The notes under the pieces: generated by a model | Seen by the model: only the letters and a program-made list of their open reading frames with translations | Told to the model about the DNA's origin: nothing | Database searches by the model: none | From: Vicinamibacteria bacterium | GTDB lineage: Bacteria > Acidobacteriota > Vicinamibacteria > Marinacidobacterales > Marinacidobacteraceae | Length of the DNA: 64,000 nt | Direction: 5' to 3' | Assembly (NCBI GenBank): GCA_964291235.2 | Contig: OZ219815.1 | Location: 320,001 to 384,000 of the forward strand | Shown here: piece by piece, positions 19,402-27,810 of the stretch | How the letters are laid out: each line of letters begins with the position of its first letter | Numbering within the stretch: position 1 is the first letter of the stretch | Program-made: the position numbers and the translations under genes

Positions 19402-20820
19402 GTGCCCCTCGTCCTGTTTGCCCTCCTGTTCTTGAGCGTACCGGGGGCCGCGGCGGCGCAGGGCGACCGGCCCAGCGCAACCGAACTCGGCTGGCTCGAG
19501 TCCTTCCTGATGACCGCCGAAGAGCGCCGGGCCTCCATCGAGGCGCTGACGCACGGCGACCGGGAGGCGTTTCGGCGACTGTTCTGGATGCGGCGCGATC
19601 CGGATCCGTCCACTCCCCAGAACGAGACCCTCGATCTCTATCTGGCGCGGGTGCGGCTGGCCGATTCCAACTTCTCGGAGGACGGCGGTTTCGGCGGGGG
19701 TGACCGGGCCCGGGTTTTCGTGCTGCTCGGCATGCCCGTGCAGGTCTTGCCTCAACCGGCTACCGAAACAACCCCGGAAGGACTCCTCTGGGTCTTCCCG
19801 CCCGACCCGAAAAACGGTATTCCGGACACCCTCGAGGCCCTCTATCAGCGCGACGACGAAGGCCAGCTCTGGCTGGAGAACCGCACCGCTGTGGATGAGA
19901 GCCTCGAGGAAATGCGGCGGCGTCTCATCACGCGGCCCGAGATCGGCTTCGAGCGCGACGAGGATGGCCGGCTGATCATTCCGAACCTGCCAGCCGGGGG
20001 TTCCGAGCGCGCCCGCCGAGTGCTCGCCGGCCTCGAGGCCGGCGCCGAGGAAAGGGGCGCGTTTGCCTTCCGGGTGACCCCCGCCTTCTTCCGCCGGGAC
20101 GATCGGGCGACCTACGTGGCCCTGCTGCTCGAAACGCCCGCCGACGCGCTCGCTCCCGGGACCGACGGCCAATTGGCCGCCTCCGTCTTCGCCAAGACCG
20201 CATCCGCCGAGGAGGAAGGCCCCGGCGCCGCAACGTACCGGCTCGAGACCACCCACATCGAGATTCAGTCCGCGGAAGGCCCGGTCCGCTTCGAGGCCTC
20301 GCTGGTGCTGCCGCCGGGCTCGCACCGCCTGCTCCTCGGCGTCGTGGACGAGCAATCGGACGCCTTCGCCACGGCAGCGGTCGAGATCGAGGCGCCTGCC
20401 TTCCCCCAGACCGAACCGGGGTTTTCCTCGGTCGTCCTCTACGGCGACACCACGATGCAGGAGTACAGCGGCACGGTCCCCGGACGAGCGTTCCAGTTCG
20501 GACGGACCCACTTCGAACCCCGCTCCACCGCCGTGTTCCGGCAGGACGAGACGCTCGGCGCCTTCTACTTCTTCTATCCGGGCGAACGGGTGGAAGACGG
20601 GGAGCTACCGGAGATCGTGGCCGAATACACCCTCAGCCGGGAAGGACGGGACACCGGGTTCGTCCGACCCGAAGCACTCCCGACGAGCACCCGGCAGGCG
20701 GCGGCCAACGCGGAGATCGAACTACGGGATTTCGCGCCAGGCCGCTACGAACTCGGGATTCGGGTCCTCTACGGGGACCAGGTCTTCGAGACGCAGAAGG
20801 CGTTCACGCTGGTCCGCTGA
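19402..20820 (+). CDS. GWxTD domain-containing protein (variant motif)
   Basis: FWMRRDPDPSTPQNE, RVRLADSNF, GDRARVFVLLGMP; C-terminal PGRYEL Ig-like strand. Confidence 0.8.
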   Translation: MPLVLFALLFLSVPGAAAAQGDRPSATELGWLESFLMTAEERRASIEALTHGDREAFRRLFWMRRDPDPSTPQNETLDLYLARVRLADSNFSEDGGFGGGDRARVFVLLGMPVQVLPQPATETTPEGLLWVFPPDPKNGIPDTLEALYQRDDEGQLWLENRTAVDESLEEMRRRLITRPEIGFERDEDGRLIIPNLPAGGSERARRVLAGLEAGAEERGAFAFRVTPAFFRRDDRATYVALLLETPADALAPGTDGQLAASVFAKTASAEEEGPGAATYRLETTHIEIQSAEGPVRFEASLVLPPGSHRLLLGVVDEQSDAFATAAVEIEAPAFPQTEPGFSSVVLYGDTTMQEYSGTVPGRAFQFGRTHFEPRSTAVFRQDETLGAFYFFYPGERVEDGELPEIVAEYTLSREGRDTGFVRPEALPTSTRQAAANAEIELRDFAPGRYELGIRVLYGDQVFETQKAFTLVR

Positions 20821-20847
20821 TCTCGCGGGTCGCGTACCCGCGAACGA

Positions 20848-22317
20848 TCAGGACTCCGTCTCGGCGGCAACCTCCACCCCGAACCGTTCCACGGCCTCGA
20901 GCGTGCTCCGGACATCTTCCCAGGTGGTCGTGTGGTTGATGATGCAGAGCCGGAGGGAGAACTTCCCGTCGGCCTGGGTGGACGAGACGATCGCATCGCC
21001 GCCCCAGAACACGCGGGCGAGCACCTTCCGGTTGATCGTCTGGAGCGATTCTTCATCGTCCGGCGCGCGGCGCGGCCGGGATCGGAAGCAGAGGATTCCG
21101 AGCAATGCGGGGTTCAGCAGCTCGAGATCGGGGCTGTTGCGAACGTGATCTTCGGCCCTCGCAGCCAATTCCATTCCGCTCGCGATTGCCTGCCGGAGCG
21201 CGGCCATTCCGAAGGTCTGGATCGTCATCCAGACCTTGAGCGCCCGGAACGAACGGCTGAGCTGCAACCCGCGGTCGGCAAAATTCGGGTGGTTCTTTCC
21301 CCAGAGGGTGTCCTGGAGCACGTCGTGGTGCAGTCCGAACGGGGTCTCCAGAGTGCCGGCGTCCTTCACCAGCAGACACCCCGCCTCGTAAGGCTGGAAG
21401 AACCACTTGTGCGCGTCGAGTCCGATGGAGTCGGCGCGCCCGATTCCGCGTAACAGAGCCTTCCCTACCTCCGTCACCGCGGCGAAACCGCCGTAGGCGG
21501 CGTCCACGTGCATCCAGATTTTTTCCCGAGCGCAGAACTCGGCGATCTCGGGGAGGGAATCGATCGTCCCGGTGCTGGCGGCGCCGGCGTTCGCACAGAT
21601 CACCAGCGGATGAAGGCCCGCGGCGCGATCCTCGCGGATGGCGTCGCGCAGGGAGTCGAGGTCGAGGCCGGTCCGTCCATCGGCCGGAAGCCGCCGAATC
21701 CGGTCCCGCCGAATGCCGATGATCATGGCGGCGCGGTCGAGCACGCTGTGGCTCTGGTTGCTCATGTACACCACGCCGCGCTCCGGATTGCCGGCCGCTT
21801 CCCGCGCCGCTACGAACGCGTTCAGGGTGGCCGCCGAGCCTCCGCTGGTGAAAAGGCCGCCGGCGGCTTCCGGATAGCCGATCCACTGCCGGAACCAGTC
21901 AATGACCACCAGCTCGAGCTGGCCGGGGCCGCTCGCCACCAGCCAGGTACAGGCATTGATGTGGTACCCGGACGCCATGAAATCGGCGAGCACCCCGGGC
22001 CACGTCGGCGAGGAGGGCACGAACGCGAAGGACCGGGGATGATCGAGCCGGGTGGCGAACGGCAGGATCTCACGCGCCGCCCGCTCGATGACAGCTTCCG
22101 CCGCCCGTCCTTCCTCCGGGGGCTCCTCGACCAACCGGTCGGCGAGCGAGGTCCGGAAATCTCCGTCCCACGCCTCGTGCTCCGGCAGGTTCTCGAGGCG
22201 TTCCACGAGCAGTTCGGCCGCCTGGCGGGCCAGGTCCAGCATGCGGTCCGGCGCCATGCGGAGCCCATCGGGCGAGGCTCCAGCGGACGCTCTACCGCTG
22301 CGCTTGGGCGGTTCCAT
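20848..22317 (-). CDS. group II PLP-dependent decarboxylase (aromatic amino acid decarboxylase-like)
   Basis: HPRSFAFVP, TSGGSAA, WMHVDAAYGG, DAHKW, SRSFRALKVW. Confidence 0.9.
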   Translation of the reverse strand: MEPPKRSGRASAGASPDGLRMAPDRMLDLARQAAELLVERLENLPEHEAWDGDFRTSLADRLVEEPPEEGRAAEAVIERAAREILPFATRLDHPRSFAFVPSSPTWPGVLADFMASGYHINACTWLVASGPGQLELVVIDWFRQWIGYPEAAGGLFTSGGSAATLNAFVAAREAAGNPERGVVYMSNQSHSVLDRAAMIIGIRRDRIRRLPADGRTGLDLDSLRDAIREDRAAGLHPLVICANAGAASTGTIDSLPEIAEFCAREKIWMHVDAAYGGFAAVTEVGKALLRGIGRADSIGLDAHKWFFQPYEAGCLLVKDAGTLETPFGLHHDVLQDTLWGKNHPNFADRGLQLSRSFRALKVWMTIQTFGMAALRQAIASGMELAARAEDHVRNSPDLELLNPALLGILCFRSRPRRAPDDEESLQTINRKVLARVFWGGDAIVSSTQADGKFSLRLCIINHTTTWEDVRSTLEAVERFGVEVAAETES

Positions 22318-22517
22318 CCCCTCTACCTCCCAGACTTTTCATTGTCAGGGACCGAACTGTATGCGGACTCGCTCGGGCCACCAAGACAAGGGATCCAGGC
22401 GGCAGGCACCGCACCCCGCTCCCGCGGACCACTCGGTTGTCGTCGCGGCCGACGAATGCAAATGGTCGTCGTCCTCGACAGATGGCGCGCCCTGGAGCCT
22501 TGTCTCGGAGCCCCTCC

Positions 22518-23015
22518 CTACTGCACGCAGTCGGAGACGATGATCACGTCGTCGTCCTCGAGGTAGTTCACCGTGTAGGGGCACTGGCCCTGCGACTCCA
22601 TGCCCTCGTACTTGCCGGTACCGCCGACCCATTCGAAACCGCCGTCGCCGCCGCCACCGACTTCGGCGTCGCCTTCCTGCCGCCATGCGGTCGTGTACAC
22701 CTCGTCGCCGTCACCGTCCTCGAAGGTGCATTCGCTGTGGATGTCCAGTTCGGCTTCCGACCGCGAGATGAAGATGGCGCACGTCCCGTGCAGGGTGGCG
22801 CCCGCCGGAATGGCGTTGTCCTCCGGGGCGGCGGTAACCCTCAGGATCCCGTGGAGCGATCCCGCAATCACCACCTTGCCGGGATGCTGGATCGTCGTGT
22901 AGTCCCGCTGGCCAATGAGCACGAAGCTCATGGCCTCGGGCTCCTGGGAAGAAGCGGGCCCGGCTGCGGCAAAACCGAACACCAAAACCAGACATAGCCA
23001 TCGCGTAGCGGACAT
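22518..23015 (-). CDS. secreted hypothetical beta-rich protein
   Basis: Strong SD (GGAGG), signal peptide, DGDGDE...GGTGKYEGM turn motif, four Cys in the mature region. Confidence 0.7.
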   Translation of the reverse strand: MSATRWLCLVLVFGFAAAGPASSQEPEAMSFVLIGQRDYTTIQHPGKVVIAGSLHGILRVTAAPEDNAIPAGATLHGTCAIFISRSEAELDIHSECTFEDGDGDEVYTTAWRQEGDAEVGGGGDGGFEWVGGTGKYEGMESQGQCPYTVNYLEDDDVIIVSDCVQ

Positions 23016-23048
23016 CGAAGTACCTCCCCCTCTTAATCCGTCAGGAAC

Positions 23049-23888
23049 TCAGGAACCGAGATGTTCCCGGAAAAAGCGGACGGTGAGCGGCCAGGCCTGC
23101 GAGGACGCCGTCAGGTTGCGTCCCTCGCGCCCTTCCTGAGCGCGCAGGAACCCGTGCCCGGCACCGTCGAATATCTCTACCTGGAAGAACTTCCCGAGCT
23201 CCTCCATCCGCTCCTGCGCCGGAGCGATCGTGGCGTTCACCCGGGCGTCGTCGCCTCCGTAAAGGCCGAGCACCGGCGCTTCGACCTCGGCGAGCGCCTC
23301 GGCGTCGGGCGAGGTTCCGTAGTACACGACCGCGGCGCCGAGTTCCGCATCGCTGGTGGCGAAGGTGAAGCTCGTGCGGCCTCCCCAGCAAAAGCCCACC
23401 ACGCCGTACGCATCGCGAGCCGCCGGAAGCGCGGTCGCCCAGTCCGCCACCGCCTTCAGCCGGGCATGCACCTCGCCGGCGGCGAGCCCCCGGACCAGCG
23501 CCACCGCACCGTCCCGGTCCACCGAATCCGTCCTGCCGCCGCCGGGGCCCTTGCCGGTCAACATATCCGGAGCGATGGCGATGAAGCCCTGAGCCGCGAA
23601 CTCATCGGCCACCCCCCGAATCCAGTCGGTGAGGCCGTAGATCTCGTGGATCACCACCACGACGGGCGCGTTGTCCGACCGTTCCGGATAGACGATCCAC
23701 GACTCGACCGCATCCCCGCCCGGCCCTGGAACTGAAACCCACTCCCCGTGCCGGGGAGACGTGTTCAACCGGTCGCGGGCGGTGTCGGCGGAGCCCGGAA
23801 GCACCTGGGCGGCGGCGAGCCCGGCGGTCACGAAAGAGGCGGCAAGAAGCAGCCCAACCAGGCGCGGAGGAGAGCGGAAGCGACGCAT
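23049..23888 (-). CDS. dienelactone hydrolase family protein, secreted
   Basis: HEIYGL, GFCWGG nucleophile, GAGHGF. Confidence 0.9.
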   Translation of the reverse strand: MRRFRSPPRLVGLLLAASFVTAGLAAAQVLPGSADTARDRLNTSPRHGEWVSVPGPGGDAVESWIVYPERSDNAPVVVVIHEIYGLTDWIRGVADEFAAQGFIAIAPDMLTGKGPGGGRTDSVDRDGAVALVRGLAAGEVHARLKAVADWATALPAARDAYGVVGFCWGGRTSFTFATSDAELGAAVVYYGTSPDAEALAEVEAPVLGLYGGDDARVNATIAPAQERMEELGKFFQVEIFDGAGHGFLRAQEGREGRNLTASSQAWPLTVRFFREHLGS

Positions 23889-23933
23889 TCGCCGAGTATA
23901 GTCCTGCCCAATCGAGCCGATCCGAACGTCCGA

Positions 23934-24668
23934 ATGAGCAGCGAAACGCCCGGAAACCTCCCGGGCTCCACGAGCAACGGACCGTCTTCGCGCCGCGGCC
24001 TCCTGGCTGCGCTCGCCGGGCTGGGACTCGTGGTGTCGCTCTGGGCGGTCTTCTTCTACGCGCCCACCGAACTCACCATGGGCGACCTGCAGCGGATCTT
24101 CTACTTCCACATCGCGTCCTGGTGGCTCGCGTTCGCCGCGTTCCTGCTCGTTGCCGGCGCTAGCGTGGCCTGGCTCCGCACCCGCAACCCGCGCTACGAC
24201 ATCGCGGCGCTGGCCGCCGCCGAAATCGGGACGCTGTTCGCCACCACCGGGCTCGCCATGGGGGTTATCTGGGCCAAGCCGGCTTGGGGAATCTGGTGGA
24301 CCTGGGACGCCCGGCTGACCACCGCCTTCGTGCTGTGGCTGATCTACGTGGGCTATCTCCTGCTCCGCGGCTACGTGGACGACCCGGTCCGGCGCGCCAA
24401 CCTCGCCGCCGTCCTCGGCATCCTGGGAGGCGCGGACGTTCCCATCGTGTACTTCTCGATCCGCTGGTGGCGCACCCAGCACCCGGCGCCGGTCATCATG
24501 GGCGGGCCCGACTCGGGATTGCACCCGGACATGTGGGTGGCGCTGCTCATCTGCCTCGTCTCCTTCACGCTCCTCTTCTGGTGGCTCTTCCGGTGGCGGA
24601 CCGAAATCGAGCGGGAAGCCCGGTCAGTCGAGGCGCTGCGCCAGCGCCGTCTCGCGGAGGCATCGTGA
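23934..24668 (+). CDS. ccmC: cytochrome c biogenesis heme exporter CcmC
   Basis: QRIFYFH, WAKPAWGIWWTWDARLT (WWD domain), WWRTQHP. Confidence 0.92.
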   Translation: MSSETPGNLPGSTSNGPSSRRGLLAALAGLGLVVSLWAVFFYAPTELTMGDLQRIFYFHIASWWLAFAAFLLVAGASVAWLRTRNPRYDIAALAAAEIGTLFATTGLAMGVIWAKPAWGIWWTWDARLTTAFVLWLIYVGYLLLRGYVDDPVRRANLAAVLGILGGADVPIVYFSIRWWRTQHPAPVIMGGPDSGLHPDMWVALLICLVSFTLLFWWLFRWRTEIEREARSVEALRQRRLAEAS

Positions 24669-24808
24669 ACGAGTGGCTGGCAGCGGGCTACGCCGCCTTT
24701 TTCGTACTCCTTGCCGGGTATCTCATCCGGCTCACGCTGCTCGAACGCCGGCTCCGGCGCGAGAGACTGCGTTTGACCGCCGGCGAGCCCGCGGGCGAAG
24801 ACCGATGA
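24665..24808 (+). CDS. ccmD: CcmD-like small membrane protein
   Basis: 47 aa, one TM with conserved Tyr then a basic tail; GTGA overlap with ccmC. Confidence 0.7.
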   Translation: MNEWLAAGYAAFFVLLAGYLIRLTLLERRLRRERLRLTAGEPAGEDR

Positions 24809-25533
24809 GCCGGCTGGCCGGCGCCGCGGCGCTGATCACCGGAGCCTCCTCGGGGATCGGACGCGGACTCGCCCGCGTCTTTCTCCAGGAGGGCGCGCGC
24901 GTGTTCCTCACCGCGCGCGGCGAGGAACGTCTGAGGGAAACCGCGGCGGAACTTGAGGACGCCCACCCCGGACGGATCGGCTTCACCGCCTCGGATGTCG
25001 GCGACCCGGACTCCGCGGGAGCCATGACCGAAGCCGCGCTCGCGCACTTCCCCGACCTTTCGGTGCTCGTGAACAACGCCTCCATCCTGGGCGTGCGGGC
25101 ACCCATCATCGAGCAGAATGCGGAGGTCTGGCAGGACACCCTGCGGATCAACACCGCGAGCCTGCTCTACGTCACCAAGCCCCTCCTGCCGCCATTCCTC
25201 AAACGCGAAACGGCCTCGATCATCAACGTCAGCTCGACCGTCGGCCGGATCGGCAAGCCCAACTGGGGGCCCTACGCGGTGTCCAAGTTCGGCCTCGAGG
25301 GTTTCACCCAGACCCTGGCCGCCGAACTGCAAGGCACCGGCGTCCGGGTGAACAGCGTCAATCCCGGGGCGACCCGAACCCCGATGCGAGCGGCCGCCTA
25401 TCCGGCGGAAGATCCCCTCACCCTGCCGACCCCCGAGCAGATCGCGGAGGTCTTCGTGTACCTCGCCTCGCCGGAGTCGGCCGGGGTCACCGGCCAGGCA
25501 CTCAACGCCCGCGATTACCTGCCGGGGAACTGA
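24805..25533 (+). CDS. SDR oxidoreductase, YciK-like
   Basis: TGASSGIG, WGPYAVSK, NPGATRTPMRAAAYPAEDP. Confidence 0.88.
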   Translation: MSRLAGAAALITGASSGIGRGLARVFLQEGARVFLTARGEERLRETAAELEDAHPGRIGFTASDVGDPDSAGAMTEAALAHFPDLSVLVNNASILGVRAPIIEQNAEVWQDTLRINTASLLYVTKPLLPPFLKRETASIINVSSTVGRIGKPNWGPYAVSKFGLEGFTQTLAAELQGTGVRVNSVNPGATRTPMRAAAYPAEDPLTLPTPEQIAEVFVYLASPESAGVTGQALNARDYLPGN

Positions 25534-25543
25534 GCGGCCCCCC

Positions 25544-26842
25544 ATGAGCAGCGAACGCTTCGGAACCCGGTTCGGGACCGCGATGACGCTCATCGGGGTC
25601 GCGGTGGGCCTCGCGAACGTGTGGCGGTTTCCCTACATGGCGGGCCAGTACGGGGGCGGGGCCTTCGTCGCCATCTACATCGCCTTCGTTCTGCTGCTCG
25701 GCGCTCCGGCGCTCATCGCCGAATGGAGTCTTGGCCGGCTGACCCGTGCCGGGCCGGGCGGCGCCTTCACCAGGATCGGGATGCCCGGGGGACGCGTCAT
25801 CGGCGGCATTCTGTTCCTCACCGTGTTCATGGCGTGCTCCTACTACACGGTGGTCGTCGCCCAGGTTCTCTTTTACGCAGCCCTCGGCGGGGTGGTGGCG
25901 GAGCCCGAAGCGTTCTACGCCCGAAACTTCAGCGGTATGACCGGGCTGAACCTCAGCCTCACCGTGCTCGTCTTCGGGGCGATGGGCCTCGTGGCGGGCT
26001 TCGGGGTGCGGCGAGGTGTCGAGCGGTTGTCGCGGATCGCGATGCCGCTCGTGGGTATCGGTCTGATCGTCGTTGCGATCCGCTCCGTAACCCTGCCGGG
26101 CGCCGCCGAGGGGGTCCGCTACCTGCTCTGGCCGGACCTCGGCAACGTGAGCGCCGAGACCTTCCTCGCGGCGCTCGGGCAGGCGTTTTTCAGCCTCTCG
26201 CTGGGCGGCACCTTCTTTCTCGCCTACGGCAGCTACCTGCCTTCGGACGCCAACCTGCGCCGGCTGTCCGGCACGACGATCTTCGGGGATTGCGGCGCCG
26301 CCATCCTGGGCGGGCTCGCGGTGCTGCCGGCGGCCTTCGCCCTCGGGGTCGAGCCCGCCTCCGGGCCGCCGCTCGTCTTCTTCACCCTGCCCCGGGTGTT
26401 CGCCGCAATGCCCGGAGGCGAGTTCTTCGGCCCGGTCTTTTTCCTCGCCCTCTTCCTGGCGGCCTTCCTTTCGGCGCTCGCCGCCCTCGAGGTGATCGTG
26501 AATTCGGCGATCCCCTGGACCGGGTGGAGCCGCCGCACCGTGGTCGCCCTCGCTGTCGCGCTCCAGATCCCGGTCGCCCTCCCCTCGATGGTGAGCGCCG
26601 ACTACCTGGGCTGGAGCGACCTGATCTGGGGTTCCACCATGCAGCCGATCGGCTCGGCGCTCACGCTGATCGGCCTCGGGTGGTTCGTCTCGCGGGGGCG
26701 GGCACTTGCTGAAGCGGGCCGAGGCTCCACCAAGCCCCTTGGAGACCTCTGGCTCTTCTGGATCCGCTGGGTCATCCCGGCGGCCATCGTGGTCGTGCTT
26801 TTCTGGGGCTGGAGCGGAACGCTCCGGGAGCTCTTCTCATGA
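25544..26842 (+). CDS. neurotransmitter:sodium symporter (NSS) family transporter
   Basis: AVGLANVWRFPY, GGGAF, ALGQAFFSLSLG, GPPLVFFTLP. Confidence 0.9.
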   Translation: MSSERFGTRFGTAMTLIGVAVGLANVWRFPYMAGQYGGGAFVAIYIAFVLLLGAPALIAEWSLGRLTRAGPGGAFTRIGMPGGRVIGGILFLTVFMACSYYTVVVAQVLFYAALGGVVAEPEAFYARNFSGMTGLNLSLTVLVFGAMGLVAGFGVRRGVERLSRIAMPLVGIGLIVVAIRSVTLPGAAEGVRYLLWPDLGNVSAETFLAALGQAFFSLSLGGTFFLAYGSYLPSDANLRRLSGTTIFGDCGAAILGGLAVLPAAFALGVEPASGPPLVFFTLPRVFAAMPGGEFFGPVFFLALFLAAFLSALAALEVIVNSAIPWTGWSRRTVVALAVALQIPVALPSMVSADYLGWSDLIWGSTMQPIGSALTLIGLGWFVSRGRALAEAGRGSTKPLGDLWLFWIRWVIPAAIVVVLFWGWSGTLRELFS

Positions 26843-27765
26843 GCGGAGAAGGACTGCCGCTCCGTGTCCGGCACGGACAACTCCATTTTTTCGTCCGGGA
26901 ATCCCTGAAGCGGGTGCGGCTGGCGCCGGAACTCGCCTCCCACACGGCGGACGCGATGGTGGCCGCCAACCTCGCGGGCGACGACGAGGACGGGGTGGTC
27001 TGGTTGCCGGATCTGGCCCAGCGACTTTCCACCCGGCACGTGAATGCCAAACCGGACATGAAGCTCGTTGCCACCTCGGGGGGCACCGCGGTGCTCGACG
27101 GCGACAACGGGCCGGGGCCCGCGGTCGCCCGCCGCGCGATGATCGAGGCCATCAGCGGAGCCAATCGCCACGGCGTCGGGAGCACCGCGGTGCGGCGCGG
27201 CAACCGTCTTGGCTCCGCCGGACACTTCGCGGCGCTCACGCTCACCCACCAGATGGCGGGCATCGCGATGGCGGGCGATCCGCTAACCCCGGAGCCGGAC
27301 ACCTCTCCGGCCGCCACGCATCCGGTGGCGCTCGGCATCGCGGTGCCGACCGCCGAGACCGCGGCGCCCCTCGTCCTGAACCTCCGGTTCGCCGAGGGTG
27401 GAGCGGAGCGGGATCTCGCCCTCGCCCTGGCGCTCGAGTTCCTCATCAGCCTGGGAGGCGCCGCGCTCCCGGCGGAATTCACGGCGGAGCCCCGGCCCGA
27501 GCCCGTGCACGGGGGCACCGGACAGTTCTTCCTGGCCTTCCGGGTCCGCGCCTTCGCGCCCTGGGCCGGGTTCCGGAACAGCATGGTCGAGCGGCTCTCC
27601 CAACTGCGGCGGGCCCGGATCGAATTTCCCGGCCAGGAGGCCGCCGCGGTCGAGGAGGAACGCCGCACCCGAGGCATCCTCCTCGACCTGAAGACCACCG
27701 ACTCGCTCCGCAAGTTCGCCTACCAGCTCGGCATGAACGAGCTCTGGGACGGCCTCGGCAAGTAA
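26839..27765 (+). CDS. Ldh_2 (ComC/AllD-type) oxidoreductase-like protein, degenerate
   Basis: DGDNGPG, GVGSTAVR, THPVALG, GQFFLAF, FPGQE; the usual catalytic His positions appear replaced. Confidence 0.7.
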   Translation: MSGEGLPLRVRHGQLHFFVRESLKRVRLAPELASHTADAMVAANLAGDDEDGVVWLPDLAQRLSTRHVNAKPDMKLVATSGGTAVLDGDNGPGPAVARRAMIEAISGANRHGVGSTAVRRGNRLGSAGHFAALTLTHQMAGIAMAGDPLTPEPDTSPAATHPVALGIAVPTAETAAPLVLNLRFAEGGAERDLALALALEFLISLGGAALPAEFTAEPRPEPVHGGTGQFFLAFRVRAFAPWAGFRNSMVERLSQLRRARIEFPGQEAAAVEEERRTRGILLDLKTTDSLRKFAYQLGMNELWDGLGK

Positions 27766-27780
27766 GGCAAGGAGCGCCCA

Positions 27781-27808
27781 GGAGCGCCGGCCAGGAGGCC
27801 GGCGCTCC
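27781..27808. repeat. REP-like hairpin between convergent genes
   Basis: GGAGCGCCGGCC-AGGA-GGCCGGCGCTCC, perfect 12-bp stem. Confidence 0.65.
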
Positions 27809-27810
27809 GC

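Noticed and set aside
22360-22500. Possible RAYT transposase remnant (ADECKWSSS)
   Set aside because: Single weak motif with no HUH signature.
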